Origin: Gammaproteobacteria bacterium | Lineage (GTDB): Bacteria > Pseudomonadota > Gammaproteobacteria > Steroidobacterales > GCA-2729495 | Direction of reading: 5' to 3' | Assembly (NCBI GenBank): GCA_031395645.1 | Contig: JANNJM010000014.1 | Span: 2,594-66,593 of the forward strand | Length of the DNA: 64,000 nucleotides | Part shown: positions 37,426 through 46,846 of the stretch, piece by piece | How the letters are laid out: every line of letters starts with the position of its first letter | How positions within the stretch are numbered: position 1 is the stretch's first letter | The notes under the pieces: model-generated | Databases searched by the model: none | What the model saw: the letters and a program-made list of their open reading frames with translations, nothing else | Told to the model about the DNA's origin: nothing | Program-made: the position numbers and the translations under genes

Positions 37426-39924
37426 GTGCGGATTCGCCCCTGGTCGCTCGTCGTTGGTCTTGCCGTGGCCGCTCTTGCTCTGCCTGTGCCGCAGGTGCTG
37501 GCCCAGAGCCAGGCAGGACCAAAAAAGGATGACCTCGACACCGTCATCGTGATCGGCTCCCGGGTGGGCGAGCGCACTGCACTGGATACGCCAGTCCCTG
37601 TGGATGTCCTCGGCGGCAATGAGTTGCGCGCCACCGGGGCCGTCGGCGGCGAACTCGGCCAGGCATTGTCGGTGCTGGCACCGTCGTTCAACTTCCCGCG
37701 CCAGTCCAACTCCGGCTCCTCCGACCTGGTGCGCGCCGGGCAGTTGCGGGGCATGAGCCCGGACCAGATGCTGGTCCTCGTGAACGGCCGAAGGCGCCAC
37801 ACCTCCGCGATCGTCAACACCGAAACCAAGATCGGGCGGGGCACGGCGGCGGTGGATTTCAACAACATCCCGCTGAATGCGATCCAGCGCGTCGAAGTCC
37901 TGCGTGACGGCGCCGGTGCACTCTACGGCTCGGATGCAATTGCCGGTGTGGTGAACCTGGTGCTGGATGACCGTCCCGGGTTTGACAGCAATGTCTCCTA
38001 CGGGCAGCACCGCACTGATCTGCAGCCGGTCAATCAGACTATCAATGACGGCGAGACGTTTACGCTCGATGCGAAGTACGGCTGGCAACTGGCCGACGCT
38101 GGCTTCTTCAAGGTGGGGGCGGCTTTCAGGGACCGGAACGGCACGAATCGGGCTGGCTTCGATCAGGTGCCGTTCTTCGAGGAGCAGACGCCCGATAACC
38201 TGGCGCTCGCTGGTCAGCGCAACTACGCCGAGGGCGATCCGAATCTGGACGAGCTGAACCTTTGGTTCAACGGCGTCGTGCCGCTCAGTGGCAGCGTCGA
38301 GCTGTACACCTTCGGTACTTACGGCAACCGTGACAGTGATGGCGGCGGCGCCTTTTTTCGCTATCCCGACAGCTTCAGCACCGTGAAGTCGGTCTATCCC
38401 CAGGGCTTCCGCCCGGAGACCTACGGTGAAGACGAAGACTACGCCGGCACTGTCGGCCTGCGCGGGGAGGCCGGTGGGTGGGATCTGGAAACCGCCTTGA
38501 GCTATGGTCGTAACGAGTTCGTGTTTGGTGTCGATCAATCGATCAACGCTTCGCTGGGCCCGGACAGTCCCACCTCCTTCGAGTCCGGGACCTTCGAGAG
38601 CGAGCAGGCCATCCTCGGCCTCAACGCCAGCCGCAACTTTGCCGTGAGCTGGCTGCAGGCGCCCCTTGCAGTAGCTCTGGGCGCCGAGTACCGCACTGAG
38701 GACTACTCCACGCAGCGCGGTGACCTGGCGTCCTACCAGGCAGGCAGCTATGGGAATGCCGGTTGCAGTACGCTGGATGATCCCATTGACCCCGACGACA
38801 TCGACTTTTTCTGCGCCATTGGCGCCCAGGCTGCTCCGGGCCTTACTCCCGAAGACGAGATAGCCATCGATCGGCGTGTGGTCAGCGTATTCGCCGAGGC
38901 AGGTGCCGAACTGACGGAGCGCCTCTTTGTCGATATAGCTGCACGCTTCGAGGACTACGACGATTTTGGTTCCGCCCTCACCGGCAAGCTGGCCGGCCGT
39001 TACGAACTGACGGACGCGGTGGCGCTGCGTGCGGCCGTTTCCAACAGCTTCCGGGCACCGAATATTGCCCAGCTGGGCTTTTCGGATACCACCCTTAACT
39101 TTGGGAATGATCGCGAGCTGATTCGCACCCGCACTCTGCGCGTTGACGACCCGATTGCCCGGTCACTCGGTGCGCAGGACCTGGATGAGGAGACCTCTTT
39201 GAATCTGAGCGCCGGTGTGGTGGGCCAGTTTGAGGGCCTGCGCTTCAGCCTGGACGTGTTCCAGATCGACGTCGACGACCGTATAACGTTGTCAGAACGG
39301 CTGTTCGGTGACCTCGTTACGCCATTCATCAATGCACAGCCAGGCGGCGCTGATATCGATTCCGTGCGCTTTTTTACCAACGCTGTGGACACCCAGACGC
39401 GCGGCTTCGATGCGGTGCTCAGTTACGCGGCTTCGTGGCTGGGCGGGGACTTCCAGGTTTCCACGGCCTACAACTATTCGCAGGTCGATGTGCAGACGGT
39501 GCGCAATTCGCCAGAGCTCGTTGCTGTCGACCCTGCGCTCAGTCTGGTCGGCGTGGAGGAACTCAACACCCTGGAGGACGCGAGCCCCGACAGCAAGCTC
39601 ATCCTGAGCGGTACCTGGTCGGGGGATCACCTGGACCTGCAGGGTCGCGTGTCGCGCTACGACAGTGCCGTGCGCGTCTTCAACTTCGGCGGCGGCTTCG
39701 AACCGCGCCAGGAGTACGGCGCGGAGTTCCAGGTGGACGTGGAAGCAGGATTCCGGTTTACGGAGCAGCTGGCGCTGTACGTCGGCGCCGCGAATCTGCT
39801 GGATGAGTACCCTGACCTCTCATCCGACGACATCAACTACTTCGGGAATCTGCCGTATGACATCCTGTCGCCAATCGGCGTGAACGGCCGCTATCTCTAC
39901 GCACGAGTGAATTTCAAGTACTAG
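37426..39924 (+). CDS. TonB-dependent receptor
   Basis: 832 aa with a GTG start and GGAG upstream. It has a signal peptide, a plug domain (DTVIVIGSRV..., RVEVLRDGAGALYGSDAIAGVVNLV) and a C-terminal barrel ending ...GRYLYARVNFKY. Confidence 0.9.
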   Translation: MRIRPWSLVVGLAVAALALPVPQVLAQSQAGPKKDDLDTVIVIGSRVGERTALDTPVPVDVLGGNELRATGAVGGELGQALSVLAPSFNFPRQSNSGSSDLVRAGQLRGMSPDQMLVLVNGRRRHTSAIVNTETKIGRGTAAVDFNNIPLNAIQRVEVLRDGAGALYGSDAIAGVVNLVLDDRPGFDSNVSYGQHRTDLQPVNQTINDGETFTLDAKYGWQLADAGFFKVGAAFRDRNGTNRAGFDQVPFFEEQTPDNLALAGQRNYAEGDPNLDELNLWFNGVVPLSGSVELYTFGTYGNRDSDGGGAFFRYPDSFSTVKSVYPQGFRPETYGEDEDYAGTVGLRGEAGGWDLETALSYGRNEFVFGVDQSINASLGPDSPTSFESGTFESEQAILGLNASRNFAVSWLQAPLAVALGAEYRTEDYSTQRGDLASYQAGSYGNAGCSTLDDPIDPDDIDFFCAIGAQAAPGLTPEDEIAIDRRVVSVFAEAGAELTERLFVDIAARFEDYDDFGSALTGKLAGRYELTDAVALRAAVSNSFRAPNIAQLGFSDTTLNFGNDRELIRTRTLRVDDPIARSLGAQDLDEETSLNLSAGVVGQFEGLRFSLDVFQIDVDDRITLSERLFGDLVTPFINAQPGGADIDSVRFFTNAVDTQTRGFDAVLSYAASWLGGDFQVSTAYNYSQVDVQTVRNSPELVAVDPALSLVGVEELNTLEDASPDSKLILSGTWSGDHLDLQGRVSRYDSAVRVFNFGGGFEPRQEYGAEFQVDVEAGFRFTEQLALYVGAANLLDEYPDLSSDDINYFGNLPYDILSPIGVNGRYLYARVNFKY

Positions 39925-39975
39925 GAACGCCAAACGTCGCGGCCGGAGCCGTAGCGACCGGAGTCCGTGCCCCGC

Positions 39976-40293
39976 TTAGCGGGCCACGGACTTCAGCAAT
40001 GCGCCCAGCACGCTTTCGGGCGAAACAGACTGCGGCAACTCACCCTTCGGCGTGAACTGGTTGATCAGCTCCGGCAGCATCTTGGCTAGCGCACCGCCGG
40101 CCTCGCCCACGGGCAGGTTGGCGTGCTTGGCAAACTCCTGCAGCGTGCCGCTTCCCAGGACGTCCGTGATCTGCTTGGCGGACACTGGTTTGTTCGGTCC
40201 TGTGGAGAGCCACGATTGGGCGAGGTCGCCGAGGCCCTTGCTGTCGAAGGCCTTGATCAGGCCGGCGAGCCCACCAGTGCCGCCGGTTACAAT
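39976..40293 (-). CDS. YidB/DUF937-family protein, start codon unresolved
   Basis: GGLAGLIKAFDSKGLGDLAQSWLSTGPNKPVSAKQITDVLGSGTLQEFAKHANLP matches the YidB pattern. There is no in-frame ATG, GTG or TTG before the divergent trmO start; the 5' coordinate given is an ATT codon. The only nearby ATG (40314) is in a different frame. Confidence 0.45.
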   Translation of the reverse strand: MVTGGTGGLAGLIKAFDSKGLGDLAQSWLSTGPNKPVSAKQITDVLGSGTLQEFAKHANLPVGEAGGALAKMLPELINQFTPKGELPQSVSPESVLGALLKSVAR

Positions 40294-40311
40294 CTGCTCC
40301 CGAGCCGCACC

Positions 40312-41151
40312 ATGATCTCCAGCAAACCGCCATCCCGTCTCACCCTCGAACCCATCGGCGTGGTCCGCAGCCTGCTCAAATCCAAGGCGGAGGCCGCCCG
40401 GCAGCCGGCCGCGGCGACCGACACGACCGCGCGTATCGAGCTCTATCCGGATCGACACTTCGAGCACGCGCTTGAAGATCTGGAGGGCTGGGGGCGGATC
40501 TGGGTGCTGTTCTGGTTTCATCTGAACGACTCCTGGCGCCCCAAGGTGTTACCACCCCGCAGTGCCTCGGGGCGCAAGGGCGTGTTTGCCACCCGGTCGC
40601 CGTACCGGCCCAATCCGCTGGGGTTGTCGGCGGTCCGGCTGGAACGCATTGAGGGCCTGACGCTGCACATCCGCGATGTGGATCTCGTCGACGGGACTCC
40701 CGTGCTCGATATCAAGCCCTACGTGCCTTACACGGATGCCTACCCCGACGCGGCCACGGGCTGGCTCCACGACGAGGCCATGGCTGACCGGCACGTCGTT
40801 GGCCTCACTACGCCGCCCGATCCCATCGCCGCCTGGGCAGTCCACTTCGAGCCGCTGGCCGCGGAGCAGGCCGCCTGGATCGAGGCCCGCTCAGGCTTTC
40901 CGCTGCGGGCACGAGTGACCGCCACGCTGATGCTCGGTCCCCAGCCGCACGCCTACCGGCGTATCCGGCGCGACGGACCGGACTACCGCCTCAAGGTGAA
41001 GGAGTGGCGGGTGCGGTTTGCGCTAGCGCAGCGCGACGTACGGGTGCTGGCCATCAGCTCGGGCTACCGGCCCGCCGAAATCGCCAAGTCGGCCGGCACG
41101 GGCGAGGATCCGCTCGCCATCCACCGTGACTTCCGGGCGGGGTGGAAGTAG
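40312..41151 (+). CDS. trmO: TsaA/TrmO-family tRNA (t6A37) methyltransferase-like protein
   Basis: 279 aa from ATG 40312. It has the UPF0066 core IGVVRS...LEGWGRIWVLFWFH...GVFATRSPYRPNPLGLSAVRLERIEG..VDLVDGTPVLDIKPY plus a C-terminal domain. Confidence 0.75.
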   Translation: MISSKPPSRLTLEPIGVVRSLLKSKAEAARQPAAATDTTARIELYPDRHFEHALEDLEGWGRIWVLFWFHLNDSWRPKVLPPRSASGRKGVFATRSPYRPNPLGLSAVRLERIEGLTLHIRDVDLVDGTPVLDIKPYVPYTDAYPDAATGWLHDEAMADRHVVGLTTPPDPIAAWAVHFEPLAAEQAAWIEARSGFPLRARVTATLMLGPQPHAYRRIRRDGPDYRLKVKEWRVRFALAQRDVRVLAISSGYRPAEIAKSAGTGEDPLAIHRDFRAGWK

Positions 41152-41177
41152 GCTCGCTGCATCAACGGGAGACCACC

Positions 41178-42494
41178 ATGAGCAGCAACAAAGAACTGCA
41201 ACAGCGCCGGGAGCTGGCCATGGCACGGGGCATGCCAAGCCAGTTGGCCGTCTACGTGGACCGGGCGGCGAACGCCGAGCTCTGGGACGTCGAAGGCCGC
41301 CGCTACATCGACTTCGGCACCGGCATCGCCGTGCTGAACACCGGCCACCTGCACCCGGGCGTACAGGCCGCCGTCCGCCAGCAGCTCGACCGCTTCAGTC
41401 ATACCTGCTTCATGGTGACGCCCTACGAGTCGGCCGTTGCCCTCGCCGAGAAACTGAACGCGCTCGCGCCGGGCAAGACGCCGAAGAAAACGCTGTTCGT
41501 CACGACCGGCGCCGAAGCGGTCGAGAACGCGGTGAAGATCGCGCGCGTACACACGGGCCGCACCGGGGTTATCAGCTTCGGCGGCGCCTTCCACGGCCGC
41601 ACGTTGCTGGCGATGGGGCTCACCGGCAAGGTCTCGCCCTACAAGGCGGGCTTCGGGCCGTTCCCGGCGGAAATCTTCCACGCGCCGTTTCCGGTTGCGT
41701 ATCACGGCGTGAGCGTAGCCGACGCGCTGGCCGGGCTGGACCGGCTGTTCGCCGAGGACATCGAGCCGGCACGGGTGGCTGCGATTATTGTGGAGCCCGT
41801 GCAGGGGGAAGGTGGTTTCTATATTGCCCCGCCGGAATTTCTGCGGGCCTTGCGCGCGCTGTGTGATCAGCACGGCATCGTATTGATTGCCGATGAGATT
41901 CAGACCGGCTTCGGTCGCACGGGTAAGATGTTCGCGATGGAACACGCCGGCGTAGAGGCGGACCTGATGACCGTTGCCAAGAGTCTCGCCGGCGGCTTCC
42001 CGCTGGCCGGGGTCATCGGCAAGGCGACCATCATGGACGCACCTGCGCCCGGCGGCCTCGGCGGCACCTACGCAGCCTCGCCGATCGGTTGCGCCGCGGG
42101 ACTGGCCGTGCTTGAAGCCATGCACAAGGAGCAGCTGCCGGCGCGTGCGAATCAAATCGGCGAGCTCATCACGGGCCGACTCCGCAGCCTCGCCAGCCGG
42201 TTCAATTGTATCGGCGACGTGCGCGGCCTCGGCGCGATGGTTGCCATGGAGTTGGTGCGGGACGGCCAGGCTGATCAGCCGAATGCCGAGCTAACCCGGG
42301 AGCTTACGCTGACGGCCGCCTGCAACGGCCTCATCCTGCTCTCCTGCGGCCAGCACAAGAACGTGGTGCGCTTCCTCGTTGCGCTGACCGCCAGCGACGC
42401 GGTGATCAGCGAAGGGCTGGATATTCTCGACCGCACGCTGGCCGAGTTGATGACCTCAGCTGCCGCACCGGCAGCCCGCCAGCGGCAGGCCTGA
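41178..42494 (+). CDS. gabT: 4-aminobutyrate--2-oxoglutarate transaminase
   Basis: 438 aa from ATG 41178 with GGGAGA upstream. It is collinear with E. coli GabT from [11 protein letters not shown] onward ([51 protein letters not shown]). Confidence 0.9.
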   Translation: MSSNKELQQRRELAMARGMPSQLAVYVDRAANAELWDVEGRRYIDFGTGIAVLNTGHLHPGVQAAVRQQLDRFSHTCFMVTPYESAVALAEKLNALAPGKTPKKTLFVTTGAEAVENAVKIARVHTGRTGVISFGGAFHGRTLLAMGLTGKVSPYKAGFGPFPAEIFHAPFPVAYHGVSVADALAGLDRLFAEDIEPARVAAIIVEPVQGEGGFYIAPPEFLRALRALCDQHGIVLIADEIQTGFGRTGKMFAMEHAGVEADLMTVAKSLAGGFPLAGVIGKATIMDAPAPGGLGGTYAASPIGCAAGLAVLEAMHKEQLPARANQIGELITGRLRSLASRFNCIGDVRGLGAMVAMELVRDGQADQPNAELTRELTLTAACNGLILLSCGQHKNVVRFLVALTASDAVISEGLDILDRTLAELMTSAAAPAARQRQA

Positions 42495-42498
42495 GCGG

Positions 42499-42942
42499 GT
42501 GAGTCTCGCGTGGTTCGCACTGGCGGTGCTGATCGGCGCCGGCCTCTCCGTGCAGGTCGGACTGAACGCCCAGCTGCGGCAGCAATTCGGCGATCCCGCT
42601 TTGGCCGCGCTGGGAAACTTTCTCGTTGGCACGGCGGCGCTGTTGGTCTATCTCATCGTGATGCGCGCTAACTGGCCCTCGGTCGGAACGCTCCGCGCGG
42701 TGCCTGCGACCCAATGGCTGGGCGGGCTGCTGGGTGCCTCCTACGTGGCAGCGGCCGCGCTGCTGGGGCCGCGACTCGGCTCCGCGACACTGCTTGCACT
42801 GATCGTCGCCGGGCAGCTGCTCATGTCGCTGTTGCTGGACCACTACGGCTGGGTTGGCTTCGAACCGCACGCAATGAACGGGTGGAGGTTGCTGGGTGCG
42901 GCGTTGTTGATTGTGGGAGTAGTGCTGATCGTGCGGTACTGA
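42499..42942 (+). CDS. DMT-superfamily small membrane protein (YdcZ/DUF606-like)
   Basis: 147 aa with a GTG start 4 nt after gabT. It has 4-5 TM helices and resembles DUF606 (LSVQVGLNAQL...GQLLMSLLLDHYGW). Confidence 0.6.
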   Translation: MSLAWFALAVLIGAGLSVQVGLNAQLRQQFGDPALAALGNFLVGTAALLVYLIVMRANWPSVGTLRAVPATQWLGGLLGASYVAAAALLGPRLGSATLLALIVAGQLLMSLLLDHYGWVGFEPHAMNGWRLLGAALLIVGVVLIVRY

Positions 42943-42955
42943 TGTCCACGCTCAG

Positions 42956-43375
42956 TTACCGACTCCAGTCCGCGACCTCAAGGTCCTGAAACGCTGCGAA
43001 GTGCCGCGTGTTCGACGTTACCAGCACAAGATTCTGCGTACTGGCGATAGCCGCGATCTGGCCATCAATAAATGGGGTGGCTTTGCTGGTTGCTTCGAGC
43101 CGCACCCTCTCCCGCGCATGCCATTCGGCAGCCGACAGGTCGTAGGGGAGGATGGGAAACCTGTCCCGGACAACGCTCTGCACGTAAAAATCGAGAGTGC
43201 TGCGTCGCTTCCCATCCGCCAGGCGTGCTACGCCGAAAATGAGCTCATGCCAGACCAGTGCCGCGATGGCGCACTGCCCCGCGCGTTGCTCCAGCCGGCG
43301 AACGAGGCGTGCATTGGGCGACGCCAGGGTTGGTTCCGCTACCACCGAAGTGTCCAGCAGGAAACGCAGAGTCAC
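42956..43375 (-). CDS. vapC: VapC (PIN-domain) toxin
   Basis: 139 aa. The GTG start overlaps the antitoxin stop (GTGA). The PIN acidic residues sit in LLDTSVV..., ...DGQIAAIA... and LVTSNTRHF. Confidence 0.8.
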   Translation of the reverse strand: MTLRFLLDTSVVAEPTLASPNARLVRRLEQRAGQCAIAALVWHELIFGVARLADGKRRSTLDFYVQSVVRDRFPILPYDLSAAEWHARERVRLEATSKATPFIDGQIAAIASTQNLVLVTSNTRHFAAFQDLEVADWSR

Positions 43376-43650
43376 AGTCGGACTTTGCGTGCTGGCCGCG
43401 GGTCACGCAGTGCCTGGAAAAAGCCTCTGTCCAGGCCAAGGTCCTGGACGCCAAACCGCTCACGAAACTCGGCGCAGGCCTCGCCAAAAGTGGACTGCCG
43501 CCGCTCAAGAGTGGCGTACTCGGCCGGCGACATGATGACGGCGACGGGCTGGCCGCGCCGGGTGACCTGAACCACCCGCCCGGACTGCACGTCGTCCAGA
43601 ATGGCAGGCAGGTTGGCACGGGCCGAACCCACTGAGTAAAGCTTCTTCAT
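43372..43650 (-). CDS. Phd/YefM-family antitoxin
   Basis: 92 aa from ATG 43650; the 221-aa track ORF is an upstream extension. MKKLYSVGSARANLPAILDDVQSGRVVQVTRRGQPVAVIMSPAEY is the Phd/YefM pattern. Confidence 0.75.
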   Translation of the reverse strand: MKKLYSVGSARANLPAILDDVQSGRVVQVTRRGQPVAVIMSPAEYATLERRQSTFGEACAEFRERFGVQDLGLDRGFFQALRDPRPARKVRL

Positions 43651-43658
43651 TTCTAAAG

Positions 43659-43677
43659 TGTACATGACGTTGTACAT
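43659..43677. promoter_or_regulatory. two TGTACAT repeats (12-bp period) immediately upstream of the yefM-like antitoxin: putative operator
   Basis: The palindromic hexamer TGTACA occurs at 43659-43664 and at 43671-43676. These lie 9-27 nt upstream of the antitoxin ATG on the transcribed strand, in an unusually AT-rich patch. Confidence 0.35.
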
Positions 43678-43795
43678 CGGCAGGAAACGAGGCGCTAACA
43701 TTCTGGGGTTAAAGCTGCGACGCCTCCAGAAGCAAATCCTTGCAAAATCGCGGGATTCTCCGACCGGCAGGGGAGCGCTGTGACAGAATATCGGG

Positions 43796-45301
43796 GTGCT
43801 TCCACCGCCATCCCGACACGCCAAGCCCGTCTCCCAGTCGTCGTTCAACGGCCAGTTGCAGTCGCCATCCCAACCCACTTCGGCGGTCGTCATCGGCGGC
43901 GGCCTGGCTGGCCTCGCGGCCGCTGTGGTCCTCGCCGAGCGCGGGGTCCGGGTGACGGTGCTCGAACGGGAGAGCTTCCTTGGCGGTCGTGCGGGTGCCT
44001 GGACCGACCGGCTCCGGGACGGCACGAGCTTCGACATGGAGCGGGGCTTTCACGCCTTCTTCCGCCAGTATTACAACCTGCGCCAGCTGTTACGGCGGGT
44101 TGATCCGGAACTGGGGTTCCTGAAACCCACCACCGACTACCCGATCCTGACGCCCTTAGGCAACGAATCCTTTGCCGGACTCACCCACGCGCCGCTGTTC
44201 AACGTGGCGAAGCTCACCTGGCGCACCGATACCCTTGGTATTCGCGATCTGATGAAGGTCAACGTGCCGGCCGCCATGGCCATGCTGCGTTTCAATCGCC
44301 CGCACACCTACGCGGAATTCGACGAGCGCACCGCCGGAGCCTACCTGGACTCACTCAATTTTCCGCCGCTCGCCCGCCAGCGCCTGCTGCACGTGTTCGC
44401 GCACTCCTGCTTCAATCCACAGGCAGACATGTCGGCCGCCGAGCTGCTGCAGATGATGCACTTCTACTTCACGGCCAATTACGACGGGCTCGTGTTCGAC
44501 GTGGCAGACCGGCCGTTCTCCCGCGGCATCTTTGCTCCGCTTGGCGCGTTGCTCGGCCGGCTCGGCGCCAGCGTGCGTACTGGTGTCAGTGCGCGAGCCC
44601 TTGAGCGACAGGACTCAAGCTGGGTCGTGGAGACGGACGCCGAAGCGCTGACAACTGATCTGGTCGTTCTCGCTACTGAAGTGACGGGTATCAAGACCAT
44701 CGTCGCTGCCTCCCGCGATCTAGATGACGCTGACTGGCGCCGACGCATCGACTCCCTGCGCGTGACCAACGCCTTTGCTGTCTGGCGCCTGTGGCTGGAT
44801 CGCCCCGTCGCGGCTGGCCGGTCGGCCTTTGCCGGTACGGCAGGCGTAGGGCCGCTCGATAACATTTCCATCTACGAGAATCTGGAGGACGAGAGCCGCG
44901 CCTGGGCCGGCCGCACCGGCGGCTCGGTGGTCGAGCTGCACGCCTACGCATTGCCCACCGGATCCGACGAGACGGCGCTGAAACGGCAGTTGCTCGCAGG
45001 CCTGCACACCCTGTATCCGGAAACCGCAGCTGCATCGATCGTTGAAGAGCGCTTCCTTCTGCGGCAGGATTGTCCGGCCTTCGCGCCGGGCAGCCACGCG
45101 CTGCGGCCGGAGGTTCGGACGCCTTTCCGTGGGTTGAGTCTGGCTGGAGATTTTGTGCAGTTACCGTTTCCCACCGCGCTCATGGAGCGCGCCGCCTCTG
45201 CCGGCATCCTGGCGGCGAACACGCTGCTGGATCCACTGGGCGTCGTGCCAGAGCCGCTGTGGTCTGTCGCCGTGCGTGGCCCCTTCGCGAGGTCGGCATG
45301 A
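43796..45301 (+). CDS. FAD-dependent oxidoreductase of the amine-oxidase/phytoene-desaturase superfamily (CrtU/CruE-like)
   Basis: 501 aa with a GTG start. It has the dinucleotide fold VVIGGGLAGLAAAVVLAERGVRVTVLERESFLGGRA and the C-terminal FAD motif GLSLAGDFV. Confidence 0.7.
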   Translation: MLPPPSRHAKPVSQSSFNGQLQSPSQPTSAVVIGGGLAGLAAAVVLAERGVRVTVLERESFLGGRAGAWTDRLRDGTSFDMERGFHAFFRQYYNLRQLLRRVDPELGFLKPTTDYPILTPLGNESFAGLTHAPLFNVAKLTWRTDTLGIRDLMKVNVPAAMAMLRFNRPHTYAEFDERTAGAYLDSLNFPPLARQRLLHVFAHSCFNPQADMSAAELLQMMHFYFTANYDGLVFDVADRPFSRGIFAPLGALLGRLGASVRTGVSARALERQDSSWVVETDAEALTTDLVVLATEVTGIKTIVAASRDLDDADWRRRIDSLRVTNAFAVWRLWLDRPVAAGRSAFAGTAGVGPLDNISIYENLEDESRAWAGRTGGSVVELHAYALPTGSDETALKRQLLAGLHTLYPETAAASIVEERFLLRQDCPAFAPGSHALRPEVRTPFRGLSLAGDFVQLPFPTALMERAASAGILAANTLLDPLGVVPEPLWSVAVRGPFARSA

Positions 45302-46254
45302 GCGAGCTCATCCTCTTCGGGCGCCCGCTGCCCGGGTTGCCCCCCGCGTCGACGCTTCCGGACTGGCAGCAGGCCGACCCGCGCTGGATGGCAAGCGCCC
45401 TGCAGACTGCGCTGGGACGATCCGGTGGCGGCTGGTTCGTGGTGGACGAGCGGCGCCGCTTTGGATCGCAACCGCGGCGCTACCGGATCGACGACCGGGA
45501 GTTCGTTTTCTGGCACGGAACGAACGGGCTTATGGCCGCGCCGGATGCGTGCCCACACATGGGCGCTTCGCTCGCCGGCGGTTGTGTGCGGCAGGGCCGG
45601 CTCGTGTGCCCGTGGCACGGCATGGAGCTCGGCGACAAGCCGCAGGGCGCCTGGCGCCCGCTGCTGGTGTACGACGACGGCGTGCTCGTCTGGGTCCGGC
45701 TGGATGACGCCGGCGAGGCCCCGACGGATTTGCCATTGCTGCCCGTGCGTCCCGCCCGCTACATCGACGCGGTCGTGCGCCTGGAGGCCCGCTGTCGTCC
45801 CGAAGACCTGCTCGCGAACCGGCTCGATCCGTGGCACGGCGTGCACTACCACCCGCACACCTTTCGCCGCCTGCGCGTCGTTGAACGCCGGGACGACGAG
45901 ATCACGGTGCGCGTTGCTTTTGCCGTTCTCGGGCGCCTGGCCGTCGAGGTGGACGCGCGCTTTCACTGCCCCGACCCGCGCACCATCGTCATGACCATCG
46001 TCGAAGGCGACGGCGCCGGCTCGATAGTGGAAACCCATGCCACGCCCATCGACGAAAGGCGCTGCGCAGTGATCGAGGCCACGCTCGCCACCTCCGACCG
46101 GCCACAGATGAAGTATGTCCTGCCGCTGGCCCGGTGGGCGCGACCCTGGCTCGAGCGACGCGCGTCGCGCCTGTGGGTCGAAGACGTGGCGTATGCGGAG
46201 CGTCGCCGCGTGGTGATGGACCAGCAGCCGGGTGGGCGTAGCGCCAGGGGGTAG
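45298..46254 (+). CDS. Rieske [2Fe-2S] domain protein with an uncharacterised C-terminal domain
   Basis: 318 aa. The ATG overlaps the upstream stop (ATGA). The Rieske ligand motifs are CPHMGASL and CPWHG. The C-terminal ~200 aa contain DPWHGVHYHPH. Confidence 0.75.
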   Translation: MSELILFGRPLPGLPPASTLPDWQQADPRWMASALQTALGRSGGGWFVVDERRRFGSQPRRYRIDDREFVFWHGTNGLMAAPDACPHMGASLAGGCVRQGRLVCPWHGMELGDKPQGAWRPLLVYDDGVLVWVRLDDAGEAPTDLPLLPVRPARYIDAVVRLEARCRPEDLLANRLDPWHGVHYHPHTFRRLRVVERRDDEITVRVAFAVLGRLAVEVDARFHCPDPRTIVMTIVEGDGAGSIVETHATPIDERRCAVIEATLATSDRPQMKYVLPLARWARPWLERRASRLWVEDVAYAERRRVVMDQQPGGRSARG

Positions 46255-46295
46255 GTAATTCCCCGGATGCTGGCGGGTGTTGCGGAGTTTAGTCC

Positions 46296-46835
46296 TCAGT
46301 CCTTCCACTCGAACAGTTCAACCTTATCTCCGGACATCACGTAGTCAGTGTCTGCCATGTCGCCCGTCCAGGGCTTGGTGGTGATCGTGCCGGTGATCCA
46401 GTAGGGATCCGCCATGGATTTCAGGTTGAAGGGCTTCTTCAGTTTTACGTAGACGATCTGGTTGGGCGGCGGGGGTGGCACGTGGATGCACGCCCCGAAG
46501 TAGGGAACCAGCAGGAACTCATCCAGCATGCCGCCAGCATCGGATTCCAGGGGCACGATATAGCCAGGCAGCTTCACGAACTTGCCGTCCAGCGATTTGA
46601 CCGGGTTGTAGGAATAGAGGGGTACGTAGGCCGAGTCCGGTTTCTGGTCAGGTCCGCCCTTGCCGGGCCCGCCGGTGCCGGGGGCACCCAAGCCCGGAAA
46701 AGCCGGGGGTGGCGGTGCACTGACTGGTGGCATCAGGTCGTCCCAGCTCAGCTCTTTCGGTTTGGCTCGTGCGCCACTCACCGTGGTCGCTGCAAGCGAC
46801 AGGCCCAACACTACGGCGATGACAAGTCTGTACAT
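46296..46835 (-). CDS. DUF3299-family periplasmic protein (ZrgD/PA4066-like position)
   Basis: 179 aa from ATG 46835 with AGGAGA upstream; the track ORF is extended to 47270. It has a signal peptide, a Pro/Gly-rich linker and the core FLLVPYFGACIHVPPPPPNQIVYV. Confidence 0.65.
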   Translation of the reverse strand: MYRLVIAVVLGLSLAATTVSGARAKPKELSWDDLMPPVSAPPPPAFPGLGAPGTGGPGKGGPDQKPDSAYVPLYSYNPVKSLDGKFVKLPGYIVPLESDAGGMLDEFLLVPYFGACIHVPPPPPNQIVYVKLKKPFNLKSMADPYWITGTITTKPWTGDMADTDYVMSGDKVELFEWKD

Positions 46836-46846
46836 GTCCTGATCTC

